Source: Mycolicibacterium smegmatis (lineage in GTDB: Bacteria > Actinomycetota > Actinomycetes > Mycobacteriales > Mycobacteriaceae). Taken from it: a stretch of 32,000 nt of DNA. Location: positions 2,400,001 to 2,432,000 of the forward strand of contig NZ_LN831039.1 in the NCBI RefSeq assembly GCF_001457595.1, read 5' to 3'. The translations under genes were made by a program, and so were the position numbers. Every line of letters starts with the position of its first letter. The stretch's first letter is position 1. Of the stretch, positions 26,171-32,000 are shown piece after piece. The notes beneath the pieces were generated by a model. That model worked only from the letters and a program-made list of their open reading frames with translations, did not search any database and was not told where the DNA came from.

Positions 26171-26506
26171 TCACGTCACTTCCAGCGATGTCACGAGGAA
26201 TTCCTCGCCACCGACCACCGCCACGTCGCAGCTGTTGCACGACGGGCACAGGATCGACCACCGTGAGGTCAGCTCGTGGCGTTGACCGCACTGCCGGCAG
26301 TCGACGACACCGGGGACCACCTCGAGTTCCAGTGCGGCATCGGCAAGGTCGGCCTGATCACGGACGATGTTCCAGCAGAATGTGAGTGTGTCCGGGACGA
26401 CCTGGCGCAATGCGCCGACGCGAACCCGCACCACCTGCACGGATCTGCCCTTGGCATGTTCGTTCACAACGCCTGCGATGGCCTGGCACAACGACAATTC
26501 ATGCAC
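26171..26506 (-). CDS. hypA: Hydrogenase nickel insertion protein HypA
   Basis: 111 aa. Starts MHELSLCQAI; zinc motif 'CRQCGQ...CPSC'. Confidence 0.95.
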   Translation of the reverse strand: MHELSLCQAIAGVVNEHAKGRSVQVVRVRVGALRQVVPDTLTFCWNIVRDQADLADAALELEVVPGVVDCRQCGQRHELTSRWSILCPSCNSCDVAVVGGEEFLVTSLEVT

Positions 26507-26666
26507 GTGTCCGCGGCGCCTCCGATCGGTGTTCCGTAGCAGACCTTACTCCTGAATGTGTTTGCGGCGAAGTGGGTTCAGTTAATCGTGCCGAGGGACT
26601 AAGGTGATGACCAAGCCCGCGTGCCACAGCCCACCGCCGCGGGTGATCGAGTGGCCCAGGAGGCTG

Positions 26667-28955
26667 ATGAGCGTCTGTTGTCGTGTGCGGCTACAGATCA
26701 CCGGCGTTGTGCAGGGGGTCGGTTTCCGCCCCGCCGTGGCACGTCTGGCACGTGACCACGGGGTCGGAGGCTTCGTCTACAACGACGCCGGCGCGGTGTA
26801 CTGCGAACTCGAGGGCCCACAGGACGCCGTCGACGTGGTGGTAGAAGCGCTGCAGGCGGATCCGCCGCCGCTCGCCCGCATCGACAGCATCTCGGTGCAC
26901 CCCGTCGCGCCCCTCGGCGAGCGGACTTTCGACATCGTCGAAAGCAGTACCGGGGACGCGGGAGAGCGCACGCTGATACCGCCGGACAGCGCGATCTGTG
27001 CCGACTGCCTCCGGGAGGTGCGTGACCCGGCGGACCGTCGCTTCGGCCACGCGTTCATCACCTGCACCAACTGCGGGCCCCGCTATACCGTGATCACCGA
27101 CCTGCCCTACGACCGTCCCGCCACCACCATGGCGCGGTTTCCCATGTGCGAGCGGTGCGCCGCCGAATACCACGATCCGGTCGACCGCCGGTATCACGCC
27201 CAGACCATCGCCTGTCCGGACTGCGGGCCGCGACTGTCGTGGAACGGCGACGAGCACGACGACCCGATCGGGGCCGCGGCAGCGGCGCTGCTGGCCGGCC
27301 GGATCGTCGCGATCAAAGGGATTGGCGGGTTCCATCTGGCGTGCGTGGCCACGGACACAACCACGGTGGCCGAACTGCGCCGGCGAAAGAACCGCCCGGC
27401 CAAGCCGTTCGCTGTGATGGTGGCCGACCTCGGTGCCGCGCGCCGCATCGCCGACATCAGCGCTGCCGCGGCCGCCGAACTCAGCTCACCCGCGGCCCCG
27501 ATCGTCCTGGTGCCCGGTCGCGACGACACCGTGCGGGACGCCGTGGCACCGGGTCTGCGAGACGTCGGCGTGATGCTCGCGTACTCGCCCGTGCACCACC
27601 TGCTCTTCGACAGGCTCGGCCCGGTGGTGCTCGTGATGACGTCCGCGAACGCCGGCGGATCCCCGATCGTCTACCGCGACGAGGACCTGCACTGGATCGA
27701 CGGCCTGGCCGACGCCGTGCTCAGCCACGACCGCCCGATCCATGTGCCGTGCGAGGATTCGGTGCTGACGGTCACCGACGACGGCCACACGGTGCCGATC
27801 CGCCGGTCGCGCGGTTTCGCGCCACTGCCGATGACCGTGCGTGTGCCAGGTCGTCGTGACGGTGGCGCACCGGTCATCCTGGCGACCGGAGGCGATCTGA
27901 AGACCACGTTCTGCCTGCTGGGTGGGGACGGACGGGCACACCTGTCCTCACACCTGGGCGATATGGCCGATCCGCGCACACAGCTGTGTTTCACCTCGGC
28001 CTACGCCCACGTGTCCCAGATGACCCGGCGGCGACCCGATCTCATCGCCTGCGATGCGCATCCGCGCTACGCCACCACCAACTGGGCGCTGCGGCAGGAC
28101 CTGCCGGTGTGGACCGTGCAGCACCATCACGCCCATGCGGCGTCGCTGCTCGCCGAACACGACCGGCTCGGCAGCCTGGCACTCGTGGTCGCCTACGACG
28201 GGACCGGCTACGGCACCGACGGAACCATCTGGGGCGGCGAGCTTCTGGCGCTCGGCGACCCAGCGACGTTCACCCGGGTCGGCCACCTCGGGGTGTTCAG
28301 CCTTCCCGGCGGTGACGGGGCCGTGCGCCAACCGGCGCGCATCGCGCTGGATCTGCTGCACCGCGCCGGAATCGAGTGGGATCCGGCGTTGCCGTGCGTC
28401 GCCGAACTCGACGCGAATGCGATGAAGATTCTGGCCCAACAGATTCCGCGGCAGTTCCGCTGCATACCCACCAGCAGCATGGGCCGGCTGTTCGACGCCG
28501 TGTCCAGCCTGTTGGGGGTGTGCCAGACCGTGACCTACGAGGGCCAGGCCGCGGTCGAACTCGAACACGTCGCGCGGTCGGGCCGGGCGGTGCCGATGGA
28601 TTTCGGTGTGCACGGCGGGATCCTCGACCCGCTGCCCCTGCTGGGTGACCTGGTCGCCGGACTGCGAGCGCGTACCGAGATCGCCGATCTGGCAGCCGGA
28701 TTCCACGCCGCGGTGATCCGTGCGACCGTCACGGCGGTCACCGACTGCGCGGAGTCGGCCGGCGTCGGGACGGTGGGGCTGACCGGAGGCGTGTTCGTCA
28801 ACCGGATCCTGCTCGACGGGTTGCGAGAAGAGTTGACCTCCCGGGGGTTGGAAGTGCTGACCCATGCCTGTCTGCCGTGCAACGACGGCGGCCTGGCGTT
28901 GGGACAGGCCGCGGTGGTCGCGGCCGGCGGGGGAATTCGGAAAGGAGAGGCCTGA
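26667..28955 (+). CDS. hypF: Carbamoyltransferase HypF
   Basis: 762 aa from ATG 26667, preceded by AGGAGG; the ORF is open back to 26604. Acylphosphatase motif 'VQGVGFRP', zinc motifs 'CADCLREV...CTNCGPRYT...CERC...CPDCGP', carbamoyltransferase 'VQHHHAHAASLLAEH' and 'LTGGVFVNRIL'. Confidence 0.96.
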   Translation: MSVCCRVRLQITGVVQGVGFRPAVARLARDHGVGGFVYNDAGAVYCELEGPQDAVDVVVEALQADPPPLARIDSISVHPVAPLGERTFDIVESSTGDAGERTLIPPDSAICADCLREVRDPADRRFGHAFITCTNCGPRYTVITDLPYDRPATTMARFPMCERCAAEYHDPVDRRYHAQTIACPDCGPRLSWNGDEHDDPIGAAAAALLAGRIVAIKGIGGFHLACVATDTTTVAELRRRKNRPAKPFAVMVADLGAARRIADISAAAAAELSSPAAPIVLVPGRDDTVRDAVAPGLRDVGVMLAYSPVHHLLFDRLGPVVLVMTSANAGGSPIVYRDEDLHWIDGLADAVLSHDRPIHVPCEDSVLTVTDDGHTVPIRRSRGFAPLPMTVRVPGRRDGGAPVILATGGDLKTTFCLLGGDGRAHLSSHLGDMADPRTQLCFTSAYAHVSQMTRRRPDLIACDAHPRYATTNWALRQDLPVWTVQHHHAHAASLLAEHDRLGSLALVVAYDGTGYGTDGTIWGGELLALGDPATFTRVGHLGVFSLPGGDGAVRQPARIALDLLHRAGIEWDPALPCVAELDANAMKILAQQIPRQFRCIPTSSMGRLFDAVSSLLGVCQTVTYEGQAAVELEHVARSGRAVPMDFGVHGGILDPLPLLGDLVAGLRARTEIADLAAGFHAAVIRATVTAVTDCAESAGVGTVGLTGGVFVNRILLDGLREELTSRGLEVLTHACLPCNDGGLALGQAAVVAAGGGIRKGEA

Positions 28956-29215
28956 TGTGTCTGGGAATACCCGGCAAGGTCGTCGCAGTGTGGGACGAAG
29001 CCGGAACCCGAATGTCCACGGTCGACTTCGGCGGCACCACCAAGACGGTCTGCCTGGCGTATCTGCCCGACATGCAGATCGGGGAGTACACGATCGTGCA
29101 CGCGGGCTTCGCCATCACCCGTCTGGATGAGGCCTCCGCACAGGAAACCCTGCGGATGTTCAAAGACCTCGGGGTGCTCGACGAGGAATTGGCCGAGGGG
29201 GTGGAAACGGCATGA
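28955..29215 (+). CDS. hypC: HypC/HybG/HupF family hydrogenase chaperone
   Basis: 86 aa starting [10 protein letters not shown] (the conserved MC(L/I)xIPG motif); overlaps the hypF stop by 1 nt. Confidence 0.96.
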   Translation: MCLGIPGKVVAVWDEAGTRMSTVDFGGTTKTVCLAYLPDMQIGEYTIVHAGFAITRLDEASAQETLRMFKDLGVLDEELAEGVETA

Positions 29216-30315
29216 AGTACCTCGACGAGTTCCGTGACCCCGTCGCGGCGCGCACCCTGGTCGACCGCATCAACCGGGCCGCGACAAGAACCTGGACCAT
29301 GATGGAAGTCTGTGGTGGCCAGACACATTCGATCATCCGCAACGGCATCGACCAGCTCCTGGAGGGTTCCGTCGAGTTCGTGCACGGCCCCGGTTGCCCC
29401 GTGTGCGTCACGCCCCTGGAGGTGATCGACCGTGCGTTGGAGATCGCCGCGCGTGACGACGTGATCTTCTGCTCGTTCGGCGACATGCTGCGTGTGCCAG
29501 GAAGTCATCAGGACCTGTTCAGCGTCAAGGCCCGCGGCGGTGACGTGCGCATCGTCTACTCACCGCTGGACGCCACCCGTGTGGCCGCCGACAACCCGGA
29601 CAAGCAGGTGGTGTTCTTCGGGGTCGGCTTCGAGACCACCGCACCCGCCAACGCCATGGCCGTGGTGCACGCGAAACGTCTGGGCCTGAAAAACTTCTCG
29701 ATGCTGGTCTCACACGTGCTGGTGCCGCCGGCGATGACGGCCATCCTCAGTTCACCCAGCAACCGGGTCCAGGGATTCCTGGCAGCCGGGCACGTGTGCT
29801 CGGTGATGGGCACGTCCGAATACGGGCCTCTGGTGGAGAAGTTCGACGTCCCGATCGTGGTGACCGGATTCGAGCCGCTGGACCTGCTCGAGGGGGTGCG
29901 GCAACTCGTGGACCTGTTGGAGGCCGGTACACCGGAGTTGCGCAACGCCTATTCACGCGCCGTCACGGCCGAGGGCAACGTCTTCGCGCAGCAGACGCTG
30001 TCCGAGGTGTTCACGGTGACCGACCGGCAGTGGCGCGGCATCGGCATGATCCCGCGTTCGGGGTGGACGTTGTCACCGCAGTACGCGGAGTTCGACGCCG
30101 AACTGAGGTTCGGTGTCGGTCATCTGCAGGTCGCCGAATCGGCCGAGTGCCGCAGCGGCGAGGTGCTGCAGGGGCTGTTGAAACCCAACGAGTGCCCGGC
30201 CTTCGGCAAGACCTGCACACCGCGAAACCCGTTGGGTGCCACCATGGTGTCGAGCGAAGGCGCGTGCGCCGCGTACTACCAGTTCCGTCGACTCGAGGCG
30301 GCCGCTCATGTCTGA
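29212..30315 (+). CDS. hypD: Hydrogenase formation protein HypD
   Basis: 367 aa. '[16 protein letters not shown]', '[13 protein letters not shown]', '[12 protein letters not shown]', C-terminal '[30 protein letters not shown]'; ATGA overlap with hypC. Confidence 0.97.
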   Translation: MKYLDEFRDPVAARTLVDRINRAATRTWTMMEVCGGQTHSIIRNGIDQLLEGSVEFVHGPGCPVCVTPLEVIDRALEIAARDDVIFCSFGDMLRVPGSHQDLFSVKARGGDVRIVYSPLDATRVAADNPDKQVVFFGVGFETTAPANAMAVVHAKRLGLKNFSMLVSHVLVPPAMTAILSSPSNRVQGFLAAGHVCSVMGTSEYGPLVEKFDVPIVVTGFEPLDLLEGVRQLVDLLEAGTPELRNAYSRAVTAEGNVFAQQTLSEVFTVTDRQWRGIGMIPRSGWTLSPQYAEFDAELRFGVGHLQVAESAECRSGEVLQGLLKPNECPAFGKTCTPRNPLGATMVSSEGACAAYYQFRRLEAAAHV

Positions 30316-31381
30316 CGCACCGGTGACCATCGATCCCAGCGACTGGGTGTGCCCGCTGCCGCTGCGAGAGACCAAACGCATCGTGATGGGGCACGGCGGC
30401 GGGGGAGTGCTGTCGGAGGAACTGATCGAGAACCTCTTCCTGCCGGCCTTCGACACGGCCGACGCGGGACCGGCCCGAGACTCGGCGCTGTTAAAGGTCG
30501 GCGCGGGAACCGTGGCGGTGACCACGGATTCCTATGTGGTGCAACCATTGTTCTTCCCGGGCGGCGACATCGGCCACCTCGCCGTGAACGGCACCATCAA
30601 CGATCTGGCGTGCAGCGGTGCGCAACCGGTCGCCCTGACCGCGGGGTTCATCCTCGAAGAGGGCCTCGAGATCGACGTGCTCGGCGCGGTCGCGCAGTCG
30701 ATGGGTGCCGCAGCGCGGCACGCCGGCGTGCGGATCGTCACGGGCGACACCAAGGTGGTCGGCAAGGGCGGTGCCGACCAGTTGTTCGTCAACACCGCGG
30801 GTGTCGGCGTGGTCCCGCCGGGCGTCAGCATCGGCCCGGAACTTGTGCGCCCAGGCGACCACATCCTCGTCTCGGGCAACCTGGGCGAGCACGGTGTGGC
30901 GATCATGAGCGTGCGCGAGGGCATCGACTTCGGGACCGCGGTCACCACCGACAGCGCGCCGCTGCACCACCTGGTGGCGGCCATGCTGGCTACCGGCGAT
31001 CCCTCACACGTCCACGCGTTGCGCGACCCCACCCGGGGTGGTCTGGTGGCCTCGGTCGTCGAGATCGCGCGCGCCGCCCGGGTCGGCATGGAGCTCGACG
31101 AGGCGAACATCCCGGTGCCCGAATCGGTTTCGTCGGCCTGCTCGTTCCTGGGGCTGGATCCGCTGCAGGTGGCCAACGAGGGCAAGATCGTGGCCTTCGT
31201 CGACCCGGCGCACAGCGAGGCGATCCTGGAGACCATGCGGGCCAGGCCCGAGGGCGCGAACGCGGCGATCATCGGGCGCGTCGTCGAGGGCCACCCGGGA
31301 ATGGCGGTGGGCAAGACGCCGTTCGGCACCACCCGCGTGATCGAGCGCGAACTCGGCGAGCAGTTGCCCAGGATCTGTTGA
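30308..31381 (+). CDS. hypE: Hydrogenase expression/formation protein HypE
   Basis: 357 aa. '[18 protein letters not shown]', '[31 protein letters not shown]', '[16 protein letters not shown]', C-terminal 'LPRIC' carbamoylation tail; 8-nt overlap with hypD. Confidence 0.97.
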   Translation: MSDAPVTIDPSDWVCPLPLRETKRIVMGHGGGGVLSEELIENLFLPAFDTADAGPARDSALLKVGAGTVAVTTDSYVVQPLFFPGGDIGHLAVNGTINDLACSGAQPVALTAGFILEEGLEIDVLGAVAQSMGAAARHAGVRIVTGDTKVVGKGGADQLFVNTAGVGVVPPGVSIGPELVRPGDHILVSGNLGEHGVAIMSVREGIDFGTAVTTDSAPLHHLVAAMLATGDPSHVHALRDPTRGGLVASVVEIARAARVGMELDEANIPVPESVSSACSFLGLDPLQVANEGKIVAFVDPAHSEAILETMRARPEGANAAIIGRVVEGHPGMAVGKTPFGTTRVIERELGEQLPRIC

Positions 31382-32000
31382 TCAGTCGCGCTCGTAGAAC
31401 CGACGCACCGTCTCGACCGTGTCGGCCTCGGCCGGGGACTTGTCGTCGCGGTAGCGCAGAACGCGCACGAACCGCAACGCCATGCCGGCCGGGTAGCGTG
31501 ACGATCGCTGCACACCGTCGAACGCGATCTCGACGACCTGCTCGGGGCGCAGGTGCACGACGTATCCGTCGGTGGGCCCGTCGGCCAATTCGAGGAACCG
31601 CTGGGTCTGCCATTCGAGCATCGCGTCGGTCATGCCCTTGAACGTCTTGCCCAACATGACGAACCCGCTGGAATCCGGATCCCGCGCCCCCAGATGGATG
31701 TTCGACAGCTTGCCCTGGCGGCGTCCCGAACCCCACTCGACCGCGAGCACGACGAGATCGAGCGTGTGGACGGGCTTGACCTTGAGCCATCCCGCGCCGC
31801 GCCGGCCGGCCTCGTACGCAGCGTGCGGTGACTTCGCCATGACCCCTTCGTGTCCGGCCGCCAGGGTGCGCTCCAAGAACTCCTGCGCCGCAACAGTATC
31901 CGTCGTCACGAGACGGTCCACACGCTGATCCTGCCGCACCAGCGCGTCGAGCGCGCCGAACCGTTCCTCGGTGGGCAGATCGAGCAGATCGCGGCCGTCG
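31382..32000 (-). CDS. ligB: ATP-dependent DNA ligase, C-terminal part (LigB-type), truncated by window edge
   Basis: Frame open to the window end. '[59 protein letters not shown]' covers motifs IV/V of ATP-dependent ligases. Confidence 0.88.

Noticed and set aside
27948-28865. 305-aa minus-strand ORF opposite hypF
   Set aside because: Overlaps catalytic HypF sequence; no domain recognised.
30349-31641. 430-aa plus-strand ORF spanning hypE and the ligB 3' end
   Set aside because: Arg/Gly-rich out-of-frame translation crossing two well-defined genes.
16616-32000. Possible mobile element or phage carrying the hydrogenase cluster
   Set aside because: No integrase, transposase, tRNA, attachment-site repeats or phage genes seen. 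Only gene-order evidence suggests an island.

Overview
High-GC actinobacterial (mycobacterial-type) window. Left part (1-15.4 kb): ordinary accessory and metabolic genes. These are a SnoaL-like protein (cut by the window edge), a mycothiol-dependent isomerase/DinB-like protein, an NAD-dependent epimerase, two F420/LLM-type oxidoreductases, a PAS/GAF histidine kinase divergent from a receiver-only regulator, a Rox-like FAD monooxygenase, a bicupin, an acyl-CoA carboxyltransferase, a P450, and cstA with its small YbdD/YjiX partner. Centre/right part (16.8-31.4 kb): a complete group 2a-type [NiFe] hydrogenase island that I recognise as the mycobacterial Huc system. It carries hucM (scaffold), hucS, hucL, a maturation protease with an unusual C-terminal extension, four or five accessory genes (90-aa orphan, TPR, NifU-Rieske fusion, NHL propeller, 278-aa orphan), inverted hypB-hypA, and hypF-hypC-hypD-hypE. 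The island ends stop-to-stop against ligB (ATP-dependent DNA ligase, truncated by the window). It appears to sit between ligB and the araC/cstA block, genes I recall as neighbours in M. tuberculosis. The hydrogenase core is a known system. The least explained parts are the accessory ORFs, the protease extension with a rare-codon/AT-rich patch containing a palindromic iron-box-like motif, a second copy of that motif upstream of araC/hucM, and a nested dyad just upstream of hucM. No tRNA, rRNA, CRISPR or transposase was recognised.
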